Source of the DNA: Flavobacteriales bacterium
GTDB taxonomy: Bacteria; Bacteroidota; Bacteroidia; Flavobacteriales_C; GCA-002722245
Direction of reading: 5' to 3'
DNA: 64,000 bases
NCBI GenBank assembly: GCA_038154685.1
Contig: JAYPYW010000001.1
Coordinates: 36,761 to 100,760, forward strand
Below the pieces are notes generated by a model. It was not told the DNA's origin. It saw only the letters and a list, made by a program, of their open reading frames with translations, and searched no databases. Of this stretch, positions 47,915 through 57,681 are shown piece by piece (position 1 is the stretch's first letter; every line of letters begins with the position of its first letter). The position numbers and the translations under genes were made by a program.

Positions 47915-48520
47915 ATGAAATCTCATTGGGAAAATATTTATTCGAAAAAAGGTGATCAAGAAGTTAGCTGGTATCAGGAAACTCCCAGTTCTTCCTTGGA
48001 TTTAATTAACAAGAATTCTATTGATAAAGAATCCGATCTGATAGATGTTGGCGCTGGTAATTCTAACTTAATTATCGAACTAAATAAACAAGGATTTAAA
48101 AATTTGACGGCACTTGATATTTCAGGTAAAGCCCTAGAGAGAACAAAAGAAAAACTAGGCCCTAAAGCTGATGAAATAAACTGGGTTGAAACAGATATTC
48201 TAGATTTCGAGCCAGACAAAACATTTGATGTTTGGCATGATCGTGCTGTTTTCCATTTTTTAACTAATGAAAATGAAATAAAGCAATATGTTGATCTAGT
48301 TTCCAAAAATTTATCCCCTGGAGGACTTTTTATTCTTTCCACTTTCTCATCAGAAGGTCCATTAAAATGTAGCGGATTAGAAATTAGCCAATATAACGAG
48401 GCGCAACTTGTTAAACTTTTCGGAACCAGTTTTGAATTAAAAAGTTGTTTTACCAAAGATCATATTACTCCTTTTAGTACAAAGCAAAATTTTATTCACG
48501 CTGTTTTTTCCAAGAAATAG
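47915..48520 (+). CDS. Class I SAM-dependent methyltransferase
   Basis: Motif I LIDVGAGNSNL; 201 aa. Confidence 0.8.
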   Translation: MKSHWENIYSKKGDQEVSWYQETPSSSLDLINKNSIDKESDLIDVGAGNSNLIIELNKQGFKNLTALDISGKALERTKEKLGPKADEINWVETDILDFEPDKTFDVWHDRAVFHFLTNENEIKQYVDLVSKNLSPGGLFILSTFSSEGPLKCSGLEISQYNEAQLVKLFGTSFELKSCFTKDHITPFSTKQNFIHAVFSKK

Positions 48521-48773
48521 TTAAATCTAAACAAGTTTAGCCCTGCAACCTCAAAACACATCCGGTTGTAAATCAACAACTTGCCTTGTTTTAGTAATGA
48601 TTTTACATTAATTTAACGCCAAGAAATTAAGGCGGATCTTTCAAAACCTTGGCTTTTTAGAATTATTACCATTGGAAATCCGAATTGAAAAATAATATCC
48701 TTCCGCTCATAAGTATGGGGGTACTTAGAAGTTATGGTTGGATGTAAACTTGGTTCACAGAACTTAAGGTAGG

Positions 48774-48800
48774 AAAAAGGGATGCTTTGCATCCCTTTTG
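48774..48800 (-). terminator. Rho-independent terminator after the AAA+ ATPase gene (reverse strand; A-run on plus side makes it potentially bidirectional)
   Basis: AAAAA-GGGATGC-TTT-GCATCCC-TTTTGTTTT. Confidence 0.65.
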
Positions 48801-48802
48801 TT

Positions 48803-50266
48803 TTATAGTCCTCCTAAAACTGAACTGAAGTAGTCTTGGAAGGATGTACTTCTTTTTAATTGTTTTCTATCTAACAATGAGAACTCAGCTAAAGCAGTAA
48901 GCAAAAATTCTTTTAAAACTGCTTGTTCTGATTTATCCGAAGTTAACTTGTTAGTTTTTTCTTCTAATCCAGAAACAGTATCTAAACCAGACTCATATTC
49001 AGCTTGAGGCATTTCATTTAGCAAGTCTAATTTCTGACCACTCTCAAACCAACTTGTAATTGCCATGTATTGCTCTTTTAAATCTTGGGGAGCACGCTTT
49101 TGACTTAAGTGATGAATGTTTTGGAAGTATTCAGGAGCAATAGATCTAATTGCTTGTCCAATTAATCTTCTGGCCACATTTGGAGCGCCTTCTTGCTCTC
49201 CTTCATAAACCATTTCAATCTTACCAATGATTGCTGGAATAGTAGCCGTTAAATCACCTATTCTTGCAATTCCTTTTTCATCTCCATTAATCAGCATTCT
49301 ACGCTCAACAGCACTTAAAACATTTTCGTAAGCAGATATTGGTAAACGAGCTGAAACACCACTCTTAGCATCAATAAACTCACTCTCTCGAGCTTCTATT
49401 GCTATTTGTTCTATCAGTTTTTCAATCACTTCAGGAACAACAATATTCTCTTGTCCTCTTTGTTTTGAAACTTCTTGCTTGGTAATGATTCTTCCTATTT
49501 CATTTGATTCAGGATAATGCGTGTAAATCTGACTCTGAATTCTGTCTTTTAAAGGAGTAATAATAGATCCCCTATTTGTATAATCCTCAGGGTTAGAAGT
49601 AAATATAAACTGAACATCCATTGGGATTCTTAATTTATAACCTCTGATTTGTAAATCACCTTCTTGCAATAGATTAAACAAGGCAACCTGAATTCGAGGT
49701 TGTAAATCTGGCAATTCATTGATCACAAATAAACCTCTGTTGGACCTTGGAATTATCCCGTAATTAATTACTTCTTCGCTAGAAAGGCTCAACTTTAGGT
49801 TAGCCGCCTTAATTGGATCTACATCTCCAATTAAATCTGCAATATTTACATCAGGAGTGGCTAATTTTTCAGCGTACCTGCCTGATCTATGCAACCAATC
49901 TATAGGTGTTTCGTCACCCATTTCAGCCACCTTACCCTTTGAAGCTGTGGTAATTGGATGTAAAGGATCTTCATTTAACTCTGACCCTTCAATTATAGGA
50001 ATATATTCATCTAATAATTGAATTAATAACCTAGCCATTTTAGACTTTCCCTGACCTCTTAAACCTAAAAAGTTAATACTATGACCAGCTAAAACAGCCC
50101 TTTCCAATTCAGGAATAACAGTATCGTCATATCCAATTATGTTTTCAAAAACCTTTTCACCAGATCGAAGCTTTTGAGCTAAATTATCTCTTAACTCCTC
50201 CGTTACGGTTTTAAATTGGTATCCTGCAGCTTTTAAAGCTCCTAATGTTTTGATTGAAGTATCCAT
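48803..50266 (-). CDS. AAA+ ATPase, Mg-chelatase ChlI/BchI-like
   Basis: Walker A GLRGQGKSKMARLL. The segment GLFVINELPDLQPRIQVALFNLLQEGDLQIRGYKLRIPMDVQFIFTSNPEDY...PLKDRIQ parallels the ChlI sensor-1/arginine-finger region. Start overlaps the upstream VWA gene stop (TAATG). Confidence 0.6.
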   Translation of the reverse strand: MDTSIKTLGALKAAGYQFKTVTEELRDNLAQKLRSGEKVFENIIGYDDTVIPELERAVLAGHSINFLGLRGQGKSKMARLLIQLLDEYIPIIEGSELNEDPLHPITTASKGKVAEMGDETPIDWLHRSGRYAEKLATPDVNIADLIGDVDPIKAANLKLSLSSEEVINYGIIPRSNRGLFVINELPDLQPRIQVALFNLLQEGDLQIRGYKLRIPMDVQFIFTSNPEDYTNRGSIITPLKDRIQSQIYTHYPESNEIGRIITKQEVSKQRGQENIVVPEVIEKLIEQIAIEARESEFIDAKSGVSARLPISAYENVLSAVERRMLINGDEKGIARIGDLTATIPAIIGKIEMVYEGEQEGAPNVARRLIGQAIRSIAPEYFQNIHHLSQKRAPQDLKEQYMAITSWFESGQKLDLLNEMPQAEYESGLDTVSGLEEKTNKLTSDKSEQAVLKEFLLTALAEFSLLDRKQLKRSTSFQDYFSSVLGGL

Positions 50267-51360
50267 TATCTTCTCTTTTTATTTCTTTCGTAATCGGCAA
50301 AAATAAAGTTGCCTAATCCCTCTAAGCTGGCGTAAAATGCCTTTCCTCTATTAGTCTCGGTGAATTGCTCCACAAATTCCTGTAAATAAGGATCTTGAGC
50401 AATCATGAATGTGGTAACAGGAATTTTCAGCTTCCTACATTGAGCCGCCAAATTGATCGTTTTCCTTAACACTTTTGGGTCCTGCCCCATACTGTTTTTA
50501 TAATACGTTCCATCCGCATTTTTTAGGCATGTTGGCTTCCCATCAGTAATCATGAAAATCTGTTTATTTCCAGCTTTCCGCTTCCTTAATAAGTCCATTG
50601 CCAATTCCAAACCAGCTACGGTATTTGTATGATAAGGCCCAACCTGTAAATAGGGTAAATCCTTAATTTGAATTTGCCAGGCGTCATTTCCAAAAACAAT
50701 CACATCTAAATTATCCTTCGGATATTTAGTCCTGATTAATTCAGCTAAAGCCATAGCCACTTTTTTTGCGGGCGTAATTCGGTCTTCACCGTAAAGTATC
50801 ATCGAATGGGAGATATCAATCATCAAAACGGTACTCATGCTGCTTTTATGTTCATTTTCATAAACAACAAGGTCTTCATTTTGAAGATCAAAATCATCAA
50901 TACCACCCCTTATTTGGGCATTTTTTATACTCGTTTGAAAATCGATTTGCTGCAAAGAATCTCCATATTGATATGGCCTTTGATCGGGCGTAAACTCATC
51001 CCCTTTTCCAATCTTACTGGAACGATGATTTCCACCGGTATCCTTCTTTAGTTTCCCAAAAATTTGATCAAGTGATCTCTTTCGGATTAATTGCTCGGCT
51101 TTACCTGTTAATTTCTGACTTTTCCCTTGAGTGGAACTAGATAAATATCCGTTTTTTTCAAGGTCGTTTCTAAAATCTTCCAGCGTATAATCAGGAGTTG
51201 TTAATTTATGCTCCTGATCAATCATTTCCATCCATCTGAAGGTTTCTTCAACATCCCCAGAAGTATGCACCATAATCTCTAAAAAAAGCTCTAACAACTT
51301 CTCAAATGGTGAACGATTATCTTCTGGTTCTATGTATTTTTCAAATCGATGTCCAAGCAT
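50266..51360 (-). CDS. von Willebrand factor A (VWA/MIDAS) domain protein, partner of the ChlI-like ATPase
   Basis: MIDAS motif in VLMIDISHSM (DxSxS), downstream T and D ligands (FMITDGKPT), 364 aa. Confidence 0.7.
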   Translation of the reverse strand: MLGHRFEKYIEPEDNRSPFEKLLELFLEIMVHTSGDVEETFRWMEMIDQEHKLTTPDYTLEDFRNDLEKNGYLSSSTQGKSQKLTGKAEQLIRKRSLDQIFGKLKKDTGGNHRSSKIGKGDEFTPDQRPYQYGDSLQQIDFQTSIKNAQIRGGIDDFDLQNEDLVVYENEHKSSMSTVLMIDISHSMILYGEDRITPAKKVAMALAELIRTKYPKDNLDVIVFGNDAWQIQIKDLPYLQVGPYHTNTVAGLELAMDLLRKRKAGNKQIFMITDGKPTCLKNADGTYYKNSMGQDPKVLRKTINLAAQCRKLKIPVTTFMIAQDPYLQEFVEQFTETNRGKAFYASLEGLGNFIFADYERNKKRR

Positions 51361-51516
51361 AGTTTTAAGTTAACGAATTAACTCACTTGGATGCTGGATT
51401 TAACTTAATTTATGTTGATATGATGTTTGAGTGACATGATGGCTTTAAATACTCAAACGTACAATACTATCTGATAAAATAACACCGTACAATTAAGTTA
51501 GGAAACAGGATAACAG

Positions 51517-52293
51517 TTATGTTAAAGCGTAAGCATTTATTTCATTATTAATACCAGACCATAAATCAAACCTAGCATTTAATGATAATTTTGCTACCTC
51601 TTCTGATTCTTCCCATTTCTGATCACTTTCACCGCATAACTCTGAAATCATTTTCAAAGCAAGAGGACCGTGATCATCGCCATCCAACTCAATATGTCGC
51701 TCTAAATAATACCTAAGCTTTTTGTATTGATTGTTTTCAGGATCAACTGATTTGACAATCGATAAAAACATCTCTGGAATAACATCCTCTCTTCCAAATG
51801 TAAATGAAGAAGCTACTTTATGAGCAGAATTGCTATTGATAATCTTAAAAGTATTAAGAACAAACGCTTTAGTTTGATCAGCTATTTTTAAGTTTTTTAA
51901 AGCATCTTCAATAGATCCACCCTTTTGCAAATTATAAACAAAAGTTACAATTGGTTGCGTATCTGCCCCTATTTCATTCATCGCATCTAAATACATTTCA
52001 AAATGACTTCTTGGATTTCCATCAATGTCTAAGTCAGACTCTTCCCCAAGAACGATTTCGTTTATAAATCTTGATGTCAATGAATTATCAACGGGTAGCC
52101 ATGGAATTTCAACACAAGTCAATCTCTTTTGCAAACATTTTAAAAGACTCATAAAATCCCAAACCGCAAAGACATGATTTTTCATAAAAACCTTAATGTC
52201 TTCAATAGATTTTAGATTATTATAGAAATCATGCTCAGAAAGCTTTTTCTGATAAACTTCAATAGAACTCTCTAACTTTTGAATCTTATCCAT
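51517..52293 (-). CDS. Hypothetical protein, DUF3050-like
   Basis: HVFAVWDFMSLLKCLQ motif, which I recall from DUF3050 proteins (heme-oxygenase-like fold). Not verified. Confidence 0.4.
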   Translation of the reverse strand: MDKIQKLESSIEVYQKKLSEHDFYNNLKSIEDIKVFMKNHVFAVWDFMSLLKCLQKRLTCVEIPWLPVDNSLTSRFINEIVLGEESDLDIDGNPRSHFEMYLDAMNEIGADTQPIVTFVYNLQKGGSIEDALKNLKIADQTKAFVLNTFKIINSNSAHKVASSFTFGREDVIPEMFLSIVKSVDPENNQYKKLRYYLERHIELDGDDHGPLALKMISELCGESDQKWEESEEVAKLSLNARFDLWSGINNEINAYALT

Positions 52294-52331
52294 AGTGCAA
52301 AAATAGACACTTTTGATACTACAAACAACTA

Positions 52332-52991
52332 CTAAAACTTCGCAAACAAAAACACATTAAATTGGTCTCTATTGATGGCTGACATGAATTGGTTCATGTA
52401 CCCCATTTCCATTTTTAGTTTTGGATTAATTTGGTAACCTAATCCTCCGTATAATCTATTTCTGTCGAATGCTGTTTCCTTTTCAACATCCATAAATAAC
52501 TCTGTGTAACTAGAAAGGTAAACGGCTCCTGGATCCAATGTTGTTTTGTTTAATGGCACTCTTAAATTTAGGAAATACCTCAAACGCATTTTGAAATTAT
52601 CTTCGATAAATCTTTGCTCAAATCTGTAACGATGCCCCCAGAAAAATCTTCCTGCAGATTGCTTGGAAACAAATTGCTGATAAATCCTATGCTCATTTAC
52701 TCTGAACTTTTCTCCGAAAGCATCATAATTTTCGCTTCCAATGTATCCGTAACCTAAAAGCAAATTATTATTTCCTTCGGTTAAATTATAACCAATTCCT
52801 GTTCTTAATAACAATTGCTCCAAATCACCAATCGCGTTATAATTACGATATTGAACTTCGTGGTGTAGATTAAACTTATCGTTTAACTTTTTACTACCAA
52901 TGTAAATTAACCAATTTCCAAAATCACTGTCCTGAGCCGAAGCTCCAAAAGTGAAAACTGATAATAACGTTAATGCTAATGACTTTCTCAT
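52332..52991 (-). CDS. Secreted/outer-membrane protein, DUF2490-like
   Basis: Signal peptide MRKSLALTLLSVFTFGASA. Alternating hydrophobic pattern suggesting a beta-barrel and a C-terminal Phe. Family guess from memory. Confidence 0.4.
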   Translation of the reverse strand: MRKSLALTLLSVFTFGASAQDSDFGNWLIYIGSKKLNDKFNLHHEVQYRNYNAIGDLEQLLLRTGIGYNLTEGNNNLLLGYGYIGSENYDAFGEKFRVNEHRIYQQFVSKQSAGRFFWGHRYRFEQRFIEDNFKMRLRYFLNLRVPLNKTTLDPGAVYLSSYTELFMDVEKETAFDRNRLYGGLGYQINPKLKMEMGYMNQFMSAINRDQFNVFLFAKF

Positions 52992-53623
52992 AGTAAATTC
53001 AATTTATTTAAGTTCTGCTTTAATTGTTCGGCGTATTTCTTCACCATTGCTTTATCAACCTTAGGCTCTTCTTCTACCTCTAATAAAACTGGTAATTGAG
53101 TGTAGTTTAGGATATATTCTTTACCTGACTCGTTTTTTGGTCCATTAAAAACCCATCCTAACATTGATATTTCATATTGTTTTAATATCTCGTAAGTCAT
53201 TAAAGAGTGATTAATGCTTCCTAAATAATTTCTAGATACTAAAACAACCGGCACGTTTAACTTTTTAATCAAATTTGTTAAGTGTTCCTTTTCGTTTAAA
53301 GGAACTAACAAACCTCCTGCCCCCTCAATAACCAAAGGGTTTTCAGTTTCCGGTAATATAATTTTATCTAAATCTATTTTTATATTATCTAACTCTGCTG
53401 AAGTATGCGGCGAAAGCGGATTATTTAGTCTATAAACCTCATTATGAAATGTCCCACTGGTGTCCGTCCACTCTTGAACTTTATGGGTGTCTGTATAATG
53501 TAAATCTCCAGATTGAATTGGCTTTAGGTAATCCGACTGAAAAGCCTCCACGAAGATGGCTGAAATAACCGTTTTACCTACTTCTGTCCCAATCCCAGTT
53601 ATAAATATCTGCTTGTTTTTCAT
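52988..53623 (-). CDS. bioD: Dethiobiotin synthetase
   Basis: P-loop GIGTEVGKTVIS and overall BioD pattern; 211 aa. Confidence 0.85.
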   Translation of the reverse strand: MKNKQIFITGIGTEVGKTVISAIFVEAFQSDYLKPIQSGDLHYTDTHKVQEWTDTSGTFHNEVYRLNNPLSPHTSAELDNIKIDLDKIILPETENPLVIEGAGGLLVPLNEKEHLTNLIKKLNVPVVLVSRNYLGSINHSLMTYEILKQYEISMLGWVFNGPKNESGKEYILNYTQLPVLLEVEEEPKVDKAMVKKYAEQLKQNLNKLNLL

Positions 53624-53627
53624 TTTC

Positions 53628-54452
53628 TTATGGATTACAAATCTGACAATATTGTGGATCTAAATATTTTTGCTGGTGAACTGCTTCAACAATCTCCTCC
53701 TCTCCACAATGATCACAAACTTTACCATGATTTTTAGGATAGTTTGAAGGGAAGTTACAAACCTCACAAGGCAATCCAGGAATTGATTTTTTAACTGTAA
53801 AACCGGCTTTACCGCAGTTTGGACAATTTGATTGAAGCGCCGCTACCAAATTCTCTGCAGCCTTGGCAATATTTTTCATCCTTAAAGGATTATTCATGGC
53901 CCTTACATCTGTTTCTAACGTAATCTTCCCATAATTCTGTAAGGTCTGACTAACCTCTTCTTGCGACGAAACTCCTTTTAAAATAACCTTTTGATCTTCA
54001 TATGATTTTACGATGAACTTTGCTGGTTCGAAACGATTAAAAAACCTTTCCAGCTCTTCTGCTGAAGAAATTTCCTGACTAATAAAATTGGTTTCGGTTG
54101 TTCCATTTTTCGCATAAACGAACTCGCTGTTGGATTTATCAACAAACACCAACCATTCCTCATTATAAGGCAAGTAAACACTATCTGGATGATTTCCGAA
54201 TGAACCTTCACTAGCTATAGCATAATCGTATTCAGGATTTAATTTCAATCCAGACTTACATTTATCTAAAACTGTTTCCTTAGATGATTTTTCTCGCTTA
54301 ATCTCTCCTGAGAACATCCCGAACTGGTCGGTATCAAAACCTGAAACAACATCAATGTTAGCGTTAAAAGCTGCTTTAAAAACGGGAGCTATTGCCTCCT
54401 CTTTTCCATGCTTTGTAACTAATAATATGTTCTTACCAGAAAGATTAATCAT
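53628..54452 (-). CDS. Hypothetical protein with C-terminal tandem CxxC zinc-ribbon motifs
   Basis: CPNCGKAGF...CEVCNF...CDHCGEE...CQICNP gives four CxxC pairs in the last 70 aa. No alpha/beta-hydrolase motif, so not BioH/BioG. Confidence 0.4.
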   Translation of the reverse strand: MINLSGKNILLVTKHGKEEAIAPVFKAAFNANIDVVSGFDTDQFGMFSGEIKREKSSKETVLDKCKSGLKLNPEYDYAIASEGSFGNHPDSVYLPYNEEWLVFVDKSNSEFVYAKNGTTETNFISQEISSAEELERFFNRFEPAKFIVKSYEDQKVILKGVSSQEEVSQTLQNYGKITLETDVRAMNNPLRMKNIAKAAENLVAALQSNCPNCGKAGFTVKKSIPGLPCEVCNFPSNYPKNHGKVCDHCGEEEIVEAVHQQKYLDPQYCQICNP

Positions 54453-54627
54453 TTTCCGTTGGTTCTATCTCAGAGGGTAATCTCGAAGAAATAGCTTTTA
54501 AAATAGTTACTAAAAAAAACACCAATAGTACCTTGAAGAAGGTTAAAAACGATTCGTCTCCTGTTTCATTAAACAGATACAAGAAAACGTTTAAAACAAC
54601 TATTTGTACTATTAATGCAATTTTCAT
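54445..54627 (-). CDS. Small membrane protein (60 aa, two hydrophobic helices)
   Basis: ORF only, hydrophobic profile. Overlaps both neighbours by a few nt, suggesting coupling. Confidence 0.3.
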   Translation of the reverse strand: MKIALIVQIVVLNVFLYLFNETGDESFLTFFKVLLVFFLVTILKAISSRLPSEIEPTEND

Positions 54628-55979
54628 GATCGATCCTTTTCAAACATTAATCGCTTGCTATTCTTTCCTTGAATTTCAAACTCATTTTCAGCATCGTATA
54701 CCTTAGTTCCGTTCACCCAAGTCCCTAGAATTCTAGATTTAAAATCATATCCTAAGAAAGGTGACCAACCACATTTATACAGGATGTTCTTAGCGGTAAC
54801 TGTATAGTTGTCCGAAAGATCTACTAAAACAGCATCAGCGTATAAACCTTCTTTTAAATAACCTCTTTCGGTTATTCTGTATGCTTCAGAAACATTAGCA
54901 CTTGTTAATTTCACAATCCCAGGCAAGGTTAGTTTACCTTGATGGTAAAGCTCCAATACACTTAGCAAAGCATGTTGAACCAAAGGTCCTCCCGACATAC
55001 TTTTAGTGTAATCTCCCATCTTCTCATTTAATCCATGAGGGGCATGATCGGTAGCAATGAAATCAATTCTTCCATTCTTCAACCCTTCTATTAATCCTTC
55101 CTTATTGTGCTTTGCTTTAACCGCTGGATTCCACTTAATTAACGGCCCCCAAGTATCATAATCATCTGCAGTAAAATGTAAATGATGCGCACAGGCTTCG
55201 GCGGTTATTCTTTTATTTCTGACATTCATTTCGTCTGAAAAAAGATCTAATTCAGCAGCTGTTGAAACATGGTAAATATGTAAACGAGTATTGTGTCGCT
55301 TAGCTATTTCAACAACTTGCTCTGTTGCTTGGTAACAAGCCTCTTCTGATCTAATCTCGGGGTGAAACCTAAAAGGAATATCATTCCCGTATTTTTCATG
55401 ATACTTCTTAAAATTTGCAGCAATCGTATCATCGTTTTCACAATGCAATGCCACCAAAGTTTCTGTTCTGGAGAATAATTTATCTAAATACTCAGGATAA
55501 TTAGCTAAAATTCCTTTTTCATCAGAAAAATACAATCCATCATCTGTAATCCCAGGAACTTTGGTGTTATCCACTTTAAGTGCTTCCTCAAGATTGTTAT
55601 TATTAATCCCCATGAAGAAGGAGTAATTAATGAAAGATTTCTTTTCGGCTGCTGTGTATTTTTCTTCCATCAAATCTATAGTAAGTGTTGCCGGATTAGT
55701 ATTAGGCATATCCATAAAAGTGGTAATACCTCCAGCTGCAGCTGCGAAAGATTCGGAAGAAATATCAGCTTTATGACTAAAACCTGGATCTCTAAAATGA
55801 ACCTGATCATCAATCATTCCAGGTAACAAATATTTTCCTTCTCCATCTACTTCGTCAAAATTTCCATCTACCGAAATGTTCGATCCAATTTTAGCTACCT
55901 TCTCGTCCTCAAAAAGTACGTCCGTAACAGTAATACCTTTGTGAGAAACAAGGCTGATATTTTTGAATAATGTTTTCAT
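54624..55979 (-). CDS. pyrC: Dihydroorotase-type cyclic amidohydrolase
   Basis: GMIDDQVHFRDPG metal-binding HxH-region pattern, and downstream His/Asp ligands (IDFIATDHAPH). Confidence 0.75.
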   Translation of the reverse strand: MKTLFKNISLVSHKGITVTDVLFEDEKVAKIGSNISVDGNFDEVDGEGKYLLPGMIDDQVHFRDPGFSHKADISSESFAAAAGGITTFMDMPNTNPATLTIDLMEEKYTAAEKKSFINYSFFMGINNNNLEEALKVDNTKVPGITDDGLYFSDEKGILANYPEYLDKLFSRTETLVALHCENDDTIAANFKKYHEKYGNDIPFRFHPEIRSEEACYQATEQVVEIAKRHNTRLHIYHVSTAAELDLFSDEMNVRNKRITAEACAHHLHFTADDYDTWGPLIKWNPAVKAKHNKEGLIEGLKNGRIDFIATDHAPHGLNEKMGDYTKSMSGGPLVQHALLSVLELYHQGKLTLPGIVKLTSANVSEAYRITERGYLKEGLYADAVLVDLSDNYTVTAKNILYKCGWSPFLGYDFKSRILGTWVNGTKVYDAENEFEIQGKNSKRLMFEKDRS

Positions 55980-56921
55980 TTAAAAGTTTTGTGCGCGTGA
56001 TAATTTATCATGAATTGCCTTTCCAATTCCTTCATCGGGAACCTCCTCAGCCACAATAAGACCAAAATCCATATTGTCTAATTCATGTAATGTTTCATAT
56101 AGTTTTTCTGCTGCTTCCCTTAATCCATTTTCTTTGGTTAAATAAACAATATGATCCACCAAATGGGTATCATATTCTTTATCAGAAAATTGAATGAAAG
56201 CGGTTTTTGTAACAGCATGGTCTATAAACACCTTTTCCGGGTCGTTAGTGTAAATTAAATGCGTTCGCGGAGAATAGTGTTTTTTCTCCTGACCAGGCAT
56301 TATAATTTTTTCACTGTTGTATTCTGTAACAGCTTGATTTAAGCAATTAGCAATTTGTTCACCAGTAATTAATCCGTGACGATAAATAATCGCCGTATCT
56401 CCTTCAAAACCAACAATGGTTGATTCAATTCCTTCGGAGCACTGACCACCATCGATAACTGGAAAGTCATCTCCAAAAGCTTGCTTAACATGTTCTGCCT
56501 TTGTTGGGCTGATTGCCTTGTACTTATTAGCACTTGGAGCAGCCAAAGGATAATCCAATTGCTCTAATAACTCCAAGGTTAATTTATGATCAGGCATTCT
56601 AATGGCCACGGTATCTTTATTCCCAGTGGTAACATCAGGAACAGATTGCTTTTTAGGAAGAACAATAGTTAAAGGACCTGGCCAAAATTCCTGAGCCAAT
56701 TGAAAAGCTTCGTTAGGAATATTCTTAGCCAAACTGTATATATCACCTAAATCAGATACATGAACAATTAAAGGGTTGTATAAAGGACGTTGTTTAGCCT
56801 TGAAAATTTTAGTTACCGCCTCCCTATCTAAAGCGTTAGCTGCTAAACCATAAACGGTTTCTGTAGGTATCCCCACTAAACCTCCTTCGTCTAATATTTC
56901 CTTTGCCTTTGCTAAATTCAT
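55980..56921 (-). CDS. L-threonylcarbamoyladenylate synthase (Sua5/YrdC family, with Sua5 C-terminal domain)
   Basis: YrdC motif GIPTETVYGLAANALD; at 313 aa it includes the Sua5 extension. Confidence 0.9.
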   Translation of the reverse strand: MNLAKAKEILDEGGLVGIPTETVYGLAANALDREAVTKIFKAKQRPLYNPLIVHVSDLGDIYSLAKNIPNEAFQLAQEFWPGPLTIVLPKKQSVPDVTTGNKDTVAIRMPDHKLTLELLEQLDYPLAAPSANKYKAISPTKAEHVKQAFGDDFPVIDGGQCSEGIESTIVGFEGDTAIIYRHGLITGEQIANCLNQAVTEYNSEKIIMPGQEKKHYSPRTHLIYTNDPEKVFIDHAVTKTAFIQFSDKEYDTHLVDHIVYLTKENGLREAAEKLYETLHELDNMDFGLIVAEEVPDEGIGKAIHDKLSRAQNF

Positions 56922-57010
56922 TCTGCTAAGAATTCCTGCAAATATCCCAAGAAAGGTTCATAAGTAAAAATTTAAATAATTGATGTTTATTATAACTTGA
57001 TAGTAATGAC

Positions 57011-57044
57011 AAAAAAAGCCGTGCATATTGGGGGAATGCACGGC
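57011..57044 (-). terminator. Rho-independent terminator after the glutathione peroxidase gene (reverse strand)
   Basis: On the reverse strand, GCCGTGCAT-loop-ATGCACGGC followed by T7. Confidence 0.7.
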
Positions 57045-57092
57045 AACAACTAAAAGGGGCCTGAATTTTAAACAAGCCGTCGTATGAAGATT

Positions 57093-57665
57093 TTACTTAA
57101 TCAAACTCAATATTTTTTCGTCCATTGGATTTACTGAACTTTCAAAATGAGCAATCATTTTTCCGTTCTCATCAACTAAAAACTTATTAAAGTTCCAACT
57201 AACCTTAGCGTCTAAAACACCATTCTTTTCTTTTTGTGTTAACCACTGGTATAATGGATGTTGATCTTTTCCTTTAACATCCGCTTTCTCTAACATCGTG
57301 AAAGTAACTCCATAGTTTTTCTGACAAAATTCCGCGATCTTTTCATTTGATCCTGGTTCCTGACCCATAAATTGGTTGCAAGGCATTCCAACTACTTCTA
57401 CCTTATCACTGTGTTGATCATATAACTTCTGTAAGTCAGCATACTGTTTCGTGAAACCACATTTAGACGCAGTATTTACAATTAAAACTTTCTTTCCTTT
57501 AAACTTTTCAAGGGTTAAATCTTCCCCAGAAAGACTCTTTAATTTAATATCTAATATCGAAGTTGCATTCATAACTAACATGCTCATTAAGATGATGATG
57601 GCTTTCATATTATTGTTTTTCCAAGAGACGATACTGACTTTAAAAATGTGGTACACCAAAAACAT
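57093..57665 (-). CDS. Glutathione peroxidase (secreted; likely start at MKAIIILMSM)
   Basis: Active-site NTASKCGFT, and the WNFNKFLV motif. Confidence 0.9.
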   Translation of the reverse strand: MFLVYHIFKVSIVSWKNNNMKAIIILMSMLVMNATSILDIKLKSLSGEDLTLEKFKGKKVLIVNTASKCGFTKQYADLQKLYDQHSDKVEVVGMPCNQFMGQEPGSNEKIAEFCQKNYGVTFTMLEKADVKGKDQHPLYQWLTQKEKNGVLDAKVSWNFNKFLVDENGKMIAHFESSVNPMDEKILSLIK

Positions 57666-57681
57666 TTAATCTTTATTTTAC

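Noticed and set aside
48521-48773. Roughly 250-bp gene-free stretch after the methyltransferase gene, considered as a possible small RNA locus
   Set aside because: No convincing stem-loop structure or conserved motif could be seen by eye apart from the terminal bidirectional terminator. Left unannotated.
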